Below the pieces are notes generated by a model. The model had not been told where the DNA came from. It did no database searches and saw nothing but the letters and a program-made list of their open reading frames with translations. From contig DJWZ01000062.1 in NCBI GenBank assembly GCA_002449535.1, positions 17,369-81,368 of the forward strand: 64,000 nucleotides of DNA, in the 5' to 3' direction. Made by a program: the position numbers and the translations under genes. Below are positions 30,004-41,164 of the stretch, piece by piece (position 1 is the stretch's first letter; each line of letters starts with the position of its first letter). Source of the stretch: Prevotellaceae bacterium UBA7017 (lineage in GTDB: Bacteria; Bacteroidota; Bacteroidia; Bacteroidales; Bacteroidaceae).

Positions 30004-30909
30004 ATGAAAGGAATCGTTTTAGCGGGAGGATCTGGTACCCGCCTTTATCCCATCACCAAGGGCATTTCGAAACAGTTAATGCCAATCTATGACAAACCTA
30101 TGATTTATTATCCAATATCTGTATTGATGTTGGCTGGTATTAGAGAAATTCTTATTATTTCTACACCATTTGACTTGCCTGGCTTTAAACGCCTTTTGGG
30201 GGACGGCTCTGATTATGGTGTGCATTTTGAGTATGCAGAACAACCGTCTCCAGACGGACTTGCACAAGCATTTACTATAGGGAAAGACTTTATAGGTAAC
30301 GATTCTGTTTGTCTGGTATTGGGTGATAATATCTTCCAAGGCAATGGTTTCTCTTCAATGTTGAGGGAGGCTGTTCGTACTGCAGAAGAGGAGAAGAAAG
30401 CTACAGTCTTCGGATATTGGGTTAATGACCCTGAGAGATATGGCGTTGCAGAGTTTGACAAAGATGGAAACTGCCTTTCTATAGAGGAAAAGCCAGAACA
30501 TCCAAAGAGCAACTATGCCGTTGTAGGTCTGTATTTCTATCCAAACAAGGTCGTTGATGTTGCAAGTAAGATAAAGCCATCTGCTCGTGGAGAGTATGAG
30601 ATAACAACTGTGAATCAGTGGTTCCTTAAAGATAAGGAGTTGAAGGTACAGACATTGGGTAGGGGCTTTGCTTGGCTTGATACAGGCACTCATGATTCTC
30701 TTTCTGAGGCATCTACATACATTGAGGTGTTGGAGAAGCGTCAGGGATTGAAGGTTGCATGTCTTGAAGGTATAGCATATCGCAAAGGCTGGATTAATGA
30801 AGAGAAGATGCGTGAGCTCGCAAAGCCGATGCTGAAAAACCAGTATGGTCAATATCTTCTGAAGGTTATTGATGAAGTAAAACGTTATGGTAAAGATAAT
30901 TTAGAATAA
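30004..30909 (+). CDS. rfbA: glucose-1-phosphate thymidylyltransferase
   Basis: [21 protein letters not shown]. Confidence 0.97.
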   Translation: MKGIVLAGGSGTRLYPITKGISKQLMPIYDKPMIYYPISVLMLAGIREILIISTPFDLPGFKRLLGDGSDYGVHFEYAEQPSPDGLAQAFTIGKDFIGNDSVCLVLGDNIFQGNGFSSMLREAVRTAEEEKKATVFGYWVNDPERYGVAEFDKDGNCLSIEEKPEHPKSNYAVVGLYFYPNKVVDVASKIKPSARGEYEITTVNQWFLKDKELKVQTLGRGFAWLDTGTHDSLSEASTYIEVLEKRQGLKVACLEGIAYRKGWINEEKMRELAKPMLKNQYGQYLLKVIDEVKRYGKDNLE

Positions 30910-30911
30910 AC

Positions 30912-32045
30912 ATGAAAAATATTGTTATCACTGGAGGTGCCGGCTTTATCGGCTCTCATGTAGTTCGTCTTTTTGTGAATAAATATCCAGAGTATAAGAT
31001 AATAAACCTGGACAAGTTGACATACGCAGGAAATCTTGCCAACCTGAAAGATATAGAGGACAAGCCTAACTATAAGTTTGTCAAGATGGATATCTGCGAT
31101 TTCGATGCTTTCTATAAGCTGATGCAGGATGAGAAGATTGACGGTATCATCCATCTGGCAGCCGAGAGTCATGTTGACCGCTCTATCAAGGACCCATTTA
31201 CCTTTGCCAAGACGAATGTGATGGGCACGCTCTCTCTGCTTCAGGCTGCAAAGTTATATTGGGAATCTTTGCCAGAGAAATATGAAGGCAAGCGTTTCTA
31301 TCATATCTCGACAGATGAGGTGTATGGAGCATTGGCAATGACAAATCCTGAAGGCATCGAGCCTCCGTTTACGACAAAGGCAAGTTCTGGTAAGCATCAT
31401 CTTGCTTATGGTAAGGATTTCTTCTATGAGGACACAAAGTACATGCCTCATTCTCCCTATTCAGCATCAAAGGCAAGTTCCGACCACTTTGTGCGTGCTT
31501 TCCACGATACATACGGAATGCCGACTATTGTAACGAACTGCTCTAACAACTATGGTCCTTATCAGTTCCCGGAGAAACTGATTCCGCTGTTCATCAACAA
31601 TATCCGCAACCGTAAGCCATTACCTGTCTATGGTAAGGGTGAGAACGTCCGTGACTGGCTCTTTGTTGAAGACCATGCCCGTGCCATAGACCTTATTTTC
31701 CACAAGGGAACTATCGCTGAGACTTACAACATCGGTGGCTTCAACGAGTGGAAGAATATAGATATCATCAAGGTGGTAATAAATACTGTTGACAGACTCC
31801 TTGGCCGCAAGGAGGGTGAGGATATGAATCTTATCACATACGTTACCGACCGCCTTGGTCATGACGCCCGTTATGCCATTGATTCTTCTAAGTTGCAGCG
31901 TGAACTTGGCTGGGAACCATCTCTGCAGTTTGAGGAGGGTATTGAGAAGACCGTTAAGTGGTATCTTGACAACGAAGAGTGGATGAATAATATCACCTCC
32001 GGCGACTACGAGAAATACTACGAGTCAATGTACAAGAACAGATAA
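30912..32045 (+). CDS. rfbB: dTDP-glucose 4,6-dehydratase
   Basis: [29 protein letters not shown]. Confidence 0.97.
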   Translation: MKNIVITGGAGFIGSHVVRLFVNKYPEYKIINLDKLTYAGNLANLKDIEDKPNYKFVKMDICDFDAFYKLMQDEKIDGIIHLAAESHVDRSIKDPFTFAKTNVMGTLSLLQAAKLYWESLPEKYEGKRFYHISTDEVYGALAMTNPEGIEPPFTTKASSGKHHLAYGKDFFYEDTKYMPHSPYSASKASSDHFVRAFHDTYGMPTIVTNCSNNYGPYQFPEKLIPLFINNIRNRKPLPVYGKGENVRDWLFVEDHARAIDLIFHKGTIAETYNIGGFNEWKNIDIIKVVINTVDRLLGRKEGEDMNLITYVTDRLGHDARYAIDSSKLQRELGWEPSLQFEEGIEKTVKWYLDNEEWMNNITSGDYEKYYESMYKNR

Positions 32046-32046
32046 A

Positions 32047-33144
32047 ATGGGTAAGAAAAACATTGCTCTCATTACAGGAGTAACAGGTCAGGATGGTTCT
32101 TACCTAAGTGAATTTCTCTTACAGAAGGGCTATGAGGTTCACGGCATCATACGTCGTAGCTCGGTAGATTTTCGTGAACGTATAGCTCATCTGGAGGGAA
32201 AGCCCGATTTCCACCTCCACTATGCTGACATGAGCGATTCCATGTCGCTTGTAAAGTTGGTGGGAAATATCAAGCCTACCGAGATATACAACCTTGCTGC
32301 CCAGAGTCACGTTCAGGTAAGCTTTGATGCTCCAGAGTTTACTGCCGACGTTGATGCTGTGGGAGTGCTTCGTATCTTGGAGGCTGTTCGTACCAATCAT
32401 CTTGAGAACAGCTGCCGCATATATCAGGCTTCTACTTCAGAGCTCTATGGCAAGGTGGAGGAGGTTCCGCAGAATGAGAATACTCCGTTCCATCCATATA
32501 GCCCGTATGCTGTTGCAAAGCTCTATGGCTACTGGATTATCAAGGAGTATCGTGAAGCATACAATATGTTCTGCTGCTCTGGCATATTGTTCAATCATGA
32601 GTCAGAGCGTCGCGGTGAGACTTTCGTCACGCGAAAGATAACACTTGCTGCTGCCCGCATAGCAAACGGTACGCAGGATTGTCTGTATCTGGGCAATCTG
32701 GATTCCCTGCGCGACTGGGGGTATGCAAAGGACTATGTAGAGTGTATGTGGCTGATATTGCAGCATGATACACCGGAAGATTTTGTCATTGCAACAGGTG
32801 TGCAGCATACCGTTCGTGAATTTGCGACGTTGGCTTTCCATTATGCTGGCATAGAACTGAAGTGGGAAGGTGAAGGCATCAACGAAAAGGGTATCGACAT
32901 AGCAACAGGCAAGACAGTCGTAGCCGTGTCGGAGCTGTTCTACCGTCCTACTGACGTGGTAAATCTGTGGGGTGATCCTACCAAGGCGAAGAAGGAACTG
33001 GGCTGGAATCCTATGAGGACTACATTCGAGCAGTTGGTAGAGCTTATGGTAAGGCATGATGTTGCCAAGATAAAGGCTGATTCTGCTGCCGCCCAGGTGC
33101 ATACAAACCTTGCAGAGTATCTGGAAAAGCGAGAGCATAGGTAG
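32047..33144 (+). CDS. gmd: GDP-mannose 4,6-dehydratase
   Basis: [30 protein letters not shown]. Confidence 0.97.
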   Translation: MGKKNIALITGVTGQDGSYLSEFLLQKGYEVHGIIRRSSVDFRERIAHLEGKPDFHLHYADMSDSMSLVKLVGNIKPTEIYNLAAQSHVQVSFDAPEFTADVDAVGVLRILEAVRTNHLENSCRIYQASTSELYGKVEEVPQNENTPFHPYSPYAVAKLYGYWIIKEYREAYNMFCCSGILFNHESERRGETFVTRKITLAAARIANGTQDCLYLGNLDSLRDWGYAKDYVECMWLILQHDTPEDFVIATGVQHTVREFATLAFHYAGIELKWEGEGINEKGIDIATGKTVVAVSELFYRPTDVVNLWGDPTKAKKELGWNPMRTTFEQLVELMVRHDVAKIKADSAAAQVHTNLAEYLEKREHR

Positions 33145-33185
33145 TTTTTAGTTATTAGTTATTAGTTTTTAGTCTATAGTTTATA

Positions 33186-34076
33186 ATGAATATATTAGTC
33201 ACAGGTGCTAATGGGCAGCTCGGCAACGAGATGAGAATAGTAGCAAAGGGGTTGTCGCATAATTTTCTTTTTACTGATGTTTCTCAGCAGGATGGGGTAG
33301 AGACCACGTATCTGGATATTACCAATATGGATGATATCAGGAATATGGTTCGTGAGCATAATATTGATGCTATCGTGAATTGTGCTGCCTGGACAAATGT
33401 GGATGCCTGCGAAACCGACCCAAAGCTTGCTGCATTGGCTGAAAAGCTGAATGCTGAGGCTCCGGCAAATCTCGCCCTTGCCATGAAGGAAGTGGATGGC
33501 TGGCTGATACATGTTTCTACCGACTATGTGTTCGGCAAAGAGCCATATAATGTACCATGTAATCCCGACCAGAAGGGAACTCCGACAGGCGTCTATGGCA
33601 CGACAAAACTGCATGGCGAACAGAATATAACATCCTCCGGCTGCAAATATGTCATCGTCCGTACGGCATGGTTGTATTCTGAGTTTGGCAAGAATTTCTG
33701 TAAGACGATGCTTGCCCTGACAGCCTCAAAGCCACAGCTGAAGGTGGTGTTCGACCAGTGCGGTACACCGACGTATGCCCTGGACCTTGCCAATGCCATC
33801 GTGAAAATACTCGAAAAACCAGTCATGGGCACATATCATTTCAGCAACGAGGGAGTATGCTCATGGTATGATTTCACAAAGATGATACAAGAGTATTCCG
33901 GTCAGACGGCATGTGATGTGCAGCCTTGTCACTCTGACGAATTCCCTTCCCCCGTAAAGCGTCCTGCATATTCCGTCCTTGACAAGACAAGCATCAAGGA
34001 AACCTTTGGGGTGAAGGTGCCTTACTGGATTGATTCATTGAAACAATGTCTTAAAAATATAGAAGCATGGAAGTAA
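33186..34076 (+). CDS. rfbD: dTDP-4-dehydrorhamnose reductase
   Basis: GANGQLG, STDYVF, YGTTK, RTAWLY. Confidence 0.95.
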   Translation: MNILVTGANGQLGNEMRIVAKGLSHNFLFTDVSQQDGVETTYLDITNMDDIRNMVREHNIDAIVNCAAWTNVDACETDPKLAALAEKLNAEAPANLALAMKEVDGWLIHVSTDYVFGKEPYNVPCNPDQKGTPTGVYGTTKLHGEQNITSSGCKYVIVRTAWLYSEFGKNFCKTMLALTASKPQLKVVFDQCGTPTYALDLANAIVKILEKPVMGTYHFSNEGVCSWYDFTKMIQEYSGQTACDVQPCHSDEFPSPVKRPAYSVLDKTSIKETFGVKVPYWIDSLKQCLKNIEAWK

Positions 34077-34660
34077 TAACAACTGCCATAAAGGATGTGC
34101 TGATTATTCAGCCGAAGGTGTTTGGCGACAAACGCGGATATTTCCTCGAGAGTTTCTCACAGCGTGAATTCGACGAAAAGGTAGTGCCCATTCTCGGCAA
34201 TAAGATAAATTTCGTACAGGACAACGAGTCCATGTCTTCCTATGGCGTGATGCGCGGCTTGCATTTCCAGCGTCCTCCTTTTACGCAGAGCAAGCTGGTG
34301 CGTTGCGTGAAGGGTGCCGTGCTCGATGTCGCTGTCGATATCCGCAAGGGCAGCCCTACGTTTGGTCAGCATGTGGCAGTGGAACTGACGGAAGATAACC
34401 ATACCCAGTTTTTCGTACCACGCGGCTTCGCCCACGGCTTTGCGGTGCTTAGCGAGACGGCTGTCTTCCAGTATAAGTGCGACGAATTCTATCATCCCGA
34501 GGCAGACGGCGGCATCAGTATTCTTGACACCTCGCTCGGCATCGACTGGAAGATACCGACAGACAAGGCTCTGCTCAGCGAGAAGGATACGAAGCACGCC
34601 CTCCTGAAGGATTTCGATACACCGTTTGACATCAATGTGAGCCTGTATCCGGATGTGTGA
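34067..34660 (+). CDS. rfbC: dTDP-4-dehydrorhamnose 3,5-epimerase
   Basis: DKRGYF, FVQDNES, RGLHFQ, GFAHGF. Confidence 0.97.
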   Translation: MEVITTAIKDVLIIQPKVFGDKRGYFLESFSQREFDEKVVPILGNKINFVQDNESMSSYGVMRGLHFQRPPFTQSKLVRCVKGAVLDVAVDIRKGSPTFGQHVAVELTEDNHTQFFVPRGFAHGFAVLSETAVFQYKCDEFYHPEADGGISILDTSLGIDWKIPTDKALLSEKDTKHALLKDFDTPFDINVSLYPDV

Positions 34661-34947
34661 TAACATGTAATGTCTAACAAAAATTGGCGCAGTAGGAAAA
34701 GTCCGTGGATAGCCCCATGCCGCCTATCCCAAATATCTTAGCGCAACGGAACTCATGTCCGAGAAAAGTGTTACCTTTGCACCATGGCAAAGAAAAATTT
34801 ACCAATACTACAAAATTTTCACAAATGTTTTTCCTGAAGATTTTTTACATTTTACTTCTCTCCCCTCACTCTATATGGCTGCAAGTCCCATAAACACTGG
34901 ATTCAAACCGAGGGAGGGGACTGAGAGAGGTTAGAGGCTACAAATTC

Positions 34948-35107
34948 GTGGTCATTAAGGTCATGGTCATTAAGGTCATTAACGATTTCCAACTCAAAGG
35001 GTGTTTTCAGGGGCATAATATATAATATAATATTATATTATATATTATGAGCATTTTTTCATCCAAAATGCTTAATGACACTCATGACACATGACACACA
35101 TGACCAC
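34948..35107. repeat. inverted-repeat element C: GTCAT iterons around a perfect 36-bp AT palindrome
   Basis: Left arm 34948-34982 (4x GTCAT), palindrome cataatatataatataat|attatattatatattatg at 35014-35049, right arm 35071-35107 (4x ATGAC). Confidence 0.9.
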
Positions 35108-35319
35108 TGTCTGTAAAAAATTCTCAAAAAAAAATTCAGAAAAATTCGTAAACCGCAATGGGGATGTCGTACCTTTGTCGATGGATTTGAGAAACAGGCA
35201 AAAATGATTTCTTCGGCGGGAGAAATTTTGCGCGTCCGCCGACGCGCTGGATTTTGTCCGCGGACTCGATTTTCAGGAAAACAAACTCTTACACCTGAGG
35301 GTATAAGCGGCAAAGCCGA

Positions 35320-36729
35320 TTACCTCACCACAGGGTCCCATGCTTCCACTGTGCCATTAGGGAAGGTCACTTCAAACTTTGAATCGTCGGTAAAGCGTAT
35401 TATGGTGCCGTCGTTCATGATGCGGCAGTCTGTAGCGTTATTATATGGCTTGCCAAGCTGGAGCATGAAGTTGCAACGGCGGAGATAGCTTACCAGCGGC
35501 TTAAGGTCTTTGGCATTCTTGCTGCGACGGTCGAAGAAGGTACCGAACCACGGTCTTACGGCGGGCTTGCTGTCGTCACCGGGCTGAGATATCATTACAT
35601 GCAGAATAGTGGCATTGATGCCGGCATGGAAATAGCGGTCGGCAATAGGTTTCAGTTTTTCAAAACTCCAGTCATCCTTGGCGACGCCAGTCCATCCACC
35701 ATCGGTAAAGCTCTCAGCCCACACACGGTTCTTGCCACTCTTGCGGGCTGCGCCCAAGGCAGCATCAACTTCCTTCTTACGGAATTTCTTGTCATTTACC
35801 CAAAATTCAGCCGCCACTTCGTCTGCAGCACTGCCATACGTGATACTGCTTCCGGGGAAAGGACTGTGGGCATAGGGTTCACACCATGTGCGAAGACCAT
35901 ACTCATGGGCTTTCTCGGTAAGTCCCCCCATATATTCGCTGGCAACGAGGTCAGAGATGAGACGGTCTAAATCCTTCTTGCATACATCGTTAGTATAATC
36001 GAGGGGATAGCCATACCGCTGCTGGAATTTCTCGTATATGGAGTCGGTATAGTTTTGTTTGCCACGCTCCCAGCTGTCAACGACAACAGTTGTCAGTGTT
36101 TTGCGGTCTTTTGCCGGAATACGACGCAGAATCTCACCGATGAATGCCTCAAAGTGTTTCTTCACATGCGTCTTCGACAACTTATCGACCTCCAGTCCCT
36201 CTGCCTCGTCTGAACATGGTCCGCAAGAGACGTCTGTTCCCTGCTTTGTCTTACAAATCTCTATGCCCTCTGGCGTCCAGTTACGCATAGCCTCCTCAGG
36301 CTTCACCCACGGACCGCCTGACTGGCTCCAGCCCGGGCAGTTGAAGATACCCATCTCGATACCGAGCTTGCTGGCTGTCTTGAGGGCGGTATGAAGATTT
36401 TCCCACCATAGGGGACTCTGGAACTTATTATTGCCAAACGTCTCTCCCTCCCACGGCTTTTCCCAACGGGTACGGTTGCGGATGTCTGTAGCAAGGAAGG
36501 CAAGCGTTATGCCATTGTCCTTCATCCATTGCAGGTCTGCCTTTACGCCTTTAGGGTCAACGATTTCATTTACCCAATAGTAGTAACATCCCACCTTTAT
36601 GCTGTCTGGAGGACAAAGGAACGAAGCCCATAACTGGTCACGACTGCTGGCAGCGGGATTGTCTTTCTTGCCTGCCATAGCAAACAATGTGCTCACAAGT
36701 AGGAGCAATATGGTAATAGAATTTTTCAT
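35320..36729 (-). CDS. GH106-like (alpha-L-rhamnosidase-type) glycoside hydrolase, compact form
   Basis: Signal peptide; YYYWVN, NCPGWSQSGGPWVKPE, DSWE, AEFW and AESFT motifs. Confidence 0.7.
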   Translation of the reverse strand: MKNSITILLLLVSTLFAMAGKKDNPAASSRDQLWASFLCPPDSIKVGCYYYWVNEIVDPKGVKADLQWMKDNGITLAFLATDIRNRTRWEKPWEGETFGNNKFQSPLWWENLHTALKTASKLGIEMGIFNCPGWSQSGGPWVKPEEAMRNWTPEGIEICKTKQGTDVSCGPCSDEAEGLEVDKLSKTHVKKHFEAFIGEILRRIPAKDRKTLTTVVVDSWERGKQNYTDSIYEKFQQRYGYPLDYTNDVCKKDLDRLISDLVASEYMGGLTEKAHEYGLRTWCEPYAHSPFPGSSITYGSAADEVAAEFWVNDKKFRKKEVDAALGAARKSGKNRVWAESFTDGGWTGVAKDDWSFEKLKPIADRYFHAGINATILHVMISQPGDDSKPAVRPWFGTFFDRRSKNAKDLKPLVSYLRRCNFMLQLGKPYNNATDCRIMNDGTIIRFTDDSKFEVTFPNGTVEAWDPVVR

Positions 36730-36834
36730 ATCCGTTTGCAAAATTACGAAAAATTTCCAATATCAACAAATTTATTCATAATTCGTCATTTTAACTCTTC
36801 ATTCCTAACTCCTCATGGTCACTTCTGTCTCCGT

Positions 36835-36900
36835 TTCGTTGAACGAAATGGGATGTTCGTTGAAAAATTTTGGCTGAAAGAGAGTTTTATGCGAATTTTG
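36835..36900 (+). promoter_or_regulatory. direct-repeat box (TTCGTTGAA x2, 21-bp period) with a weak -7 element
   Basis: Repeats at 36835-36843 and 36856-36864; GAATTTTG ends at 36900. Confidence 0.6.
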
Positions 36901-36943
36901 CAGTCAAATTAAAATTGTATAATCTATTTTACGTACAACGACT

Positions 36944-37330
36944 ATGAAGAAACTATTTGCAACATTTCTGATGTCAGGAGCCCTGCAGGCGACAATGGCG
37001 TATGACTATCCCTACCTGGTATTCCAGACGATGGATGGTAATATGCAGGCAATGGAAACCGACGGGCTGACAATCACGTTTGCCAACGGACAACTTGTAG
37101 CAACCAACGGCAACAATTCGCAGACAATTTCCCTTGCGCATTTGAGCAAGATGTACTTCTCTGGAGACAATACCACAAACATTAAGAAAGTAGAACAAGC
37201 GACAGCGTCCGAACCCGACGAGGCAACAGAAATATACGACCTGCAAGGACGCAAGGTTGAAGGTCAGAGGCAGGCTGGCATCTATATTTTGAAGTCTAAA
37301 AAAGGAATCCGTAAAGTTTACATAAAATGA
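36944..37330 (+). CDS. small secreted protein with T9SS-type C-terminal sorting tail
   Basis: Signal peptide; C-terminus IYDLQGRKV...GIYI...KVYIK. Confidence 0.75.
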   Translation: MKKLFATFLMSGALQATMAYDYPYLVFQTMDGNMQAMETDGLTITFANGQLVATNGNNSQTISLAHLSKMYFSGDNTTNIKKVEQATASEPDEATEIYDLQGRKVEGQRQAGIYILKSKKGIRKVYIK

Positions 37331-39261
37331 AAAAGACATACCTGATAATATCGATGCTCGTGCTGACGATAGCAGCCGCAGCACAGACCCTGAACGTAAA
37401 CGTCGGCAATGTGACATACCTGTTTCCGGCATCGCAGATAGGCGACATGACATACAACGACGGCACTACAGTCACCATCATGGGAAAGACCTTCAATATC
37501 TCTGACATCAGCAGCATGAAGGTAGATGACACTGAGGTGAAAGACAACGCTGTAAGTGTGGCTTACAACGGTGCTTCCGCTGCCATAACGGTTGCTGGTA
37601 ATGTGGCACAATATCTTACAGTCAGCCAAAATGGAGCACATGTGTCAATAGAGCAGGGTAGCGATCTAGCAGAGGAGATTACATATACCCTTAGCGGAAC
37701 ATCGTCGGATGGTGAGTTCTATATGGCGGGGTCTTACAAGGCTACTGTCGAGTTGGACGGCGTGACTCTTACTAATGTGACACCTATATATAGCGGTGCT
37801 GCTGTTCACATTCAGAACAGCAAGCGCATAAAGGTAAAACCCCTCACAGGCACTACGAGCACCTTGACAGATGCTACCGGCGGTTCACAGAAGGGGTGCC
37901 TCTATATCAAGGGGCATGCAGAGTTTGCCCAAAAGGGCACGCTAAACATTGTGGGCAACGTGAAGCATGGTATCAAGGCAGGTGAATACATCAGCCTGAA
38001 GAATGCCACCCTCAACGTGAGCTCTGCCGTTGGCGACGGCATATCATGCAATGAATACTTCCTCATGGAGAGCGGCACGATAAACATCAGCGGCACCGGT
38101 GATGACGGCATACAATGCGACCTTGACGGCACTGCTTCTACTGGTGAGACAACCGACCATGAGGATGAGGATTCGGGAAATATGTATATATTGGGCGGCA
38201 CCATCAAGATAACTACGACGGCTGCTGCTGCGAAAGGCCTGAAGGCTAATGGCGACATAAATATTTCAGACGGAGAACTGACGGTCAGTTGTTCGGGTAC
38301 TGCAACATGGGACAGTGACGACCAGGAAGTGAAAGGCAGCACCTGCATGAGTGCCGACGGCAACATGGTCATCAGTGGAGGAACGATAGTGCTTACCAAC
38401 ACAGGTGCTGGCGGCAAGGGCATAAAGAATGACGGTACACTTGCTATCAGCGACAATGCGAACCTCTCAGTGACCACCACTGGACAGATTGCCTACTGCT
38501 CAAGCAGCAGCAATACCACTATCAGAACTACCACCTCGTCTTCAACGACGGAGCGGCTCAGCGACGAGCTGAAGACTTCGCCAAAGGGCATCAAATCTGA
38601 TGGTGCTATGACTATCAGCGGCGGAACAACAATCGTCAGCTCCAGCTACCACGAGGCTATAGAGTCAAAGAGCACCTTGGAAATCAGTGGCGGATATGTA
38701 TATGCTTATTCCAGGGATGACGCCATCAATTCGAGCGGCAACATGACAATAAGCGGTGGCTATGTAATGGCAAATTCGAGCGGCAACGACGGAATAGATG
38801 CAAATGGCAATATGTATATCACTGGCGGCAATGTGTTTGCCGTAGCAACATCACAGCCGGAAGTGGGACTGGATGCCAATACCGAGAGTGGCTACAAGTT
38901 GTATATCTCTGGCGGCAACGTAGTGGCAATAGGCGGATTTGAAAGTGGCGCAAGCATAACAAACGGCACAGCAAAGTCGGCAAGCTACAGCAAGGGCAGT
39001 TGGTACGGACTCTACAACGGCTCCACCCTTGCCTTTGCCTTCAAGGTGCCTTCCAACAGCAGCATGGGTTCTACCATGGCTGTATATACTGCAAACACTC
39101 CTGCTTTGAAGTCTGGGGTGACGGGCAGCGGCACCAGCTTCTGGAACGGCTACGGCTATGAGTCTTGCAGCGGCGGTTCTTCAGTATCACTGTCTTCGTA
39201 TAGCGGTGGCAACGGTGGTCCAGGCGGTGGCGGGGGCTTCGGTCCTGGCGGCAGGTGGTAA
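37327..39261 (+). CDS. carbohydrate-binding domain protein (Cthe_2159/DUF4353 beta-helix)
   Basis: YTLSGTSSDG and repeated DGI/KGIK...ISGG beta-helix rungs; Gly-rich C-terminus. Confidence 0.85.
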   Translation: MKKTYLIISMLVLTIAAAAQTLNVNVGNVTYLFPASQIGDMTYNDGTTVTIMGKTFNISDISSMKVDDTEVKDNAVSVAYNGASAAITVAGNVAQYLTVSQNGAHVSIEQGSDLAEEITYTLSGTSSDGEFYMAGSYKATVELDGVTLTNVTPIYSGAAVHIQNSKRIKVKPLTGTTSTLTDATGGSQKGCLYIKGHAEFAQKGTLNIVGNVKHGIKAGEYISLKNATLNVSSAVGDGISCNEYFLMESGTINISGTGDDGIQCDLDGTASTGETTDHEDEDSGNMYILGGTIKITTTAAAAKGLKANGDINISDGELTVSCSGTATWDSDDQEVKGSTCMSADGNMVISGGTIVLTNTGAGGKGIKNDGTLAISDNANLSVTTTGQIAYCSSSSNTTIRTTTSSSTTERLSDELKTSPKGIKSDGAMTISGGTTIVSSSYHEAIESKSTLEISGGYVYAYSRDDAINSSGNMTISGGYVMANSSGNDGIDANGNMYITGGNVFAVATSQPEVGLDANTESGYKLYISGGNVVAIGGFESGASITNGTAKSASYSKGSWYGLYNGSTLAFAFKVPSNSSMGSTMAVYTANTPALKSGVTGSGTSFWNGYGYESCSGGSSVSLSSYSGGNGGPGGGGGFGPGGRW

Positions 39262-39284
39262 AACGAGTGAAGAGTGAAAAAAAT

Positions 39285-39320
39285 AAGAGCGCGGTATGCA
39301 ATCAAGCATGCTGCGCTCTT
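39285..39320. terminator. hairpin terminator, near-copy at 62739-62773
   Basis: aagagcgcggtatgc...gcatgctgcgctctt between convergent genes. Confidence 0.7.
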
Positions 39321-39346
39321 GTTCTGTCAAAAGTCCAAAGGTCCTG

Positions 39347-41119
39347 TTATTCGGGGAATTTCCCGTTGAGGATGTAGTTGACGATGAACATTACGTCGGG
39401 CATTCCAATGGTGCCGTCTTCGTTGGCATCTGCTGCAAGTTCGTTGAAGGACGCATCGGGAGTGCCGAGGATATAGTTGACGATGAACATCACGTCGGGC
39501 ATACCTACCTCACCGTCACCGTTGGCATCACCGCGAAGATACCTGAAATTGAAACTGACGCTGTAGTCGGCATTTTGTACGATATTGTTTATCGGCTTGT
39601 CTATGGTGCCGTCCTTCGCCCAATAGTCTGTCAGCGAGGTTACTCCTTGCGTGCCAGGGAATGGGTCGCCGAGGAGGTCCTTTGCATATGTCTTTTCATC
39701 TACGGAATAGTTGAAATAGCCTATCAGCCTCCCGTCAGCTGGTACTATCGTTATGCCAGCCTTACCTTGTGTGCCGTTGGGCATACGTCCAATGCTGAAA
39801 TTGTCGATGCTGGTATTGACATGCGTCACCAACATTCCTGTACCAGTATAATCTTTAAATCTGTAATACCACTTTTTGTCGTTAGGGATGGCTTCCAGAA
39901 TCCAGTATTCGTTCTCGTTGTTGCCGGGTATCTTGTATGCCTGCCCTCCGTCTTTCAGAGGTGTCAGCGTCACCTTCTGCGCTTCTGTAAGTTTCTGTAT
40001 GTCATCAATCCATCCGAATAGGTAACGCTCAAATGCCGTGAGTGGGGTAGGGAGGCAGCCGTTGAGACGGTTTTCACCGCCGTCCATCAGCGACCATTCC
40101 TCCATGCTTTGATTGTCGTAGAGAGAGTCAGCCCATTTTTTGCTGCTTGTGGCATAAAGGTCTGCAATACCCATAGCATGACAGAATTCGTGGGCAAAGA
40201 CACCGATGCCGGCTATCTGCGGCTTGTTATCAAAAAGTTCTGTCTGAATTTCTGGCGTAAAATTCAGTTCATTGCTCATACCGGCTCTATGCACTTTTAC
40301 ATTATTGATAGTGCAGTAGGAGCCAGAGTTGTAGATTACTTGTGGCCATACAGCTTTTCCTTCTCCTACCCATGCTGCTCCGTATCCTGCATAGATGATA
40401 TATACGAGGTCAACATACCCGTCACCATCCTGGTCGTAGTCAGTAAAGTCAACGTCGTTCTCTGCTGCAGTACAGACATCCTTGATGAATTGGGCGTTTT
40501 TATTAGCGTAGTATGCGGCAGTATTGTCAACCTTGAAGGTGCCATAGATGTCAAACTGCGGAGAAAACTGTCCGCCGCTGCATTCTCTGAAATATTGAGC
40601 CACAGAACCCTGGCTTTTGGCAATGTGGCCATTTACACTGACGTCGGTTGTCATCTCCTCGCTGTTGAGGAAGTTCTCGAAATCGTCCTTGCCGAAAGTA
40701 AACTTTACATCGGAGAACTCAACCATTAGCACCAGCACTTTCGGAGTACCCTCGCTTGGAAACAGACGGTATCCGGACAGGCGTCCGTTTGGAGAAGACG
40801 TTACTGACGACCTCATCATCTTTGCCAGGTTTTCGCTTGCCTGTGCTTGTTGTTGGTCGGCAAGGGCACTGAGGCTGTCAAGCTGTTCCTTGGATGCTGC
40901 GTGATAGTAGTTGCCATCGGAGTTGTAGAGTATTACTTCCCCCTCACGGCTCTTGTAGAAGTGGATATGTTCGTCGCCAACCAATGTTGCAGAAACAGTA
41001 CGTCCGTCGTTGAGGGTAATGTTCCTGAAGTAGCGCACAGCCTTAGAAGCGCTGACGTTAATAGAAAAAAGTGTGGCAAAAGCCAGTATTATAGAGCGAA
41101 AAAGCATTTGTATTATCAT
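39347..41119 (-). CDS. M6-family (InhA-like) metalloprotease with C-terminal dockerin-type domain
   Basis: GDEHIHF prodomain, HEFCHAMG zinc motif, WSLMDGG, two GDANxDG repeats. Confidence 0.88.
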   Translation of the reverse strand: MIIQMLFRSIILAFATLFSINVSASKAVRYFRNITLNDGRTVSATLVGDEHIHFYKSREGEVILYNSDGNYYHAASKEQLDSLSALADQQQAQASENLAKMMRSSVTSSPNGRLSGYRLFPSEGTPKVLVLMVEFSDVKFTFGKDDFENFLNSEEMTTDVSVNGHIAKSQGSVAQYFRECSGGQFSPQFDIYGTFKVDNTAAYYANKNAQFIKDVCTAAENDVDFTDYDQDGDGYVDLVYIIYAGYGAAWVGEGKAVWPQVIYNSGSYCTINNVKVHRAGMSNELNFTPEIQTELFDNKPQIAGIGVFAHEFCHAMGIADLYATSSKKWADSLYDNQSMEEWSLMDGGENRLNGCLPTPLTAFERYLFGWIDDIQKLTEAQKVTLTPLKDGGQAYKIPGNNENEYWILEAIPNDKKWYYRFKDYTGTGMLVTHVNTSIDNFSIGRMPNGTQGKAGITIVPADGRLIGYFNYSVDEKTYAKDLLGDPFPGTQGVTSLTDYWAKDGTIDKPINNIVQNADYSVSFNFRYLRGDANGDGEVGMPDVMFIVNYILGTPDASFNELAADANEDGTIGMPDVMFIVNYILNGKFPE

Positions 41120-41164
41120 TATTCCTATTGGTCCTATTAGCCCTATTGGACTTATTAGCCCAAA

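Noticed and set aside
34705..35313. Short ORFs across the rfbC-GH106 gap
   Set aside because: They run through promoter-like and repeat sequence and give no credible protein motifs.
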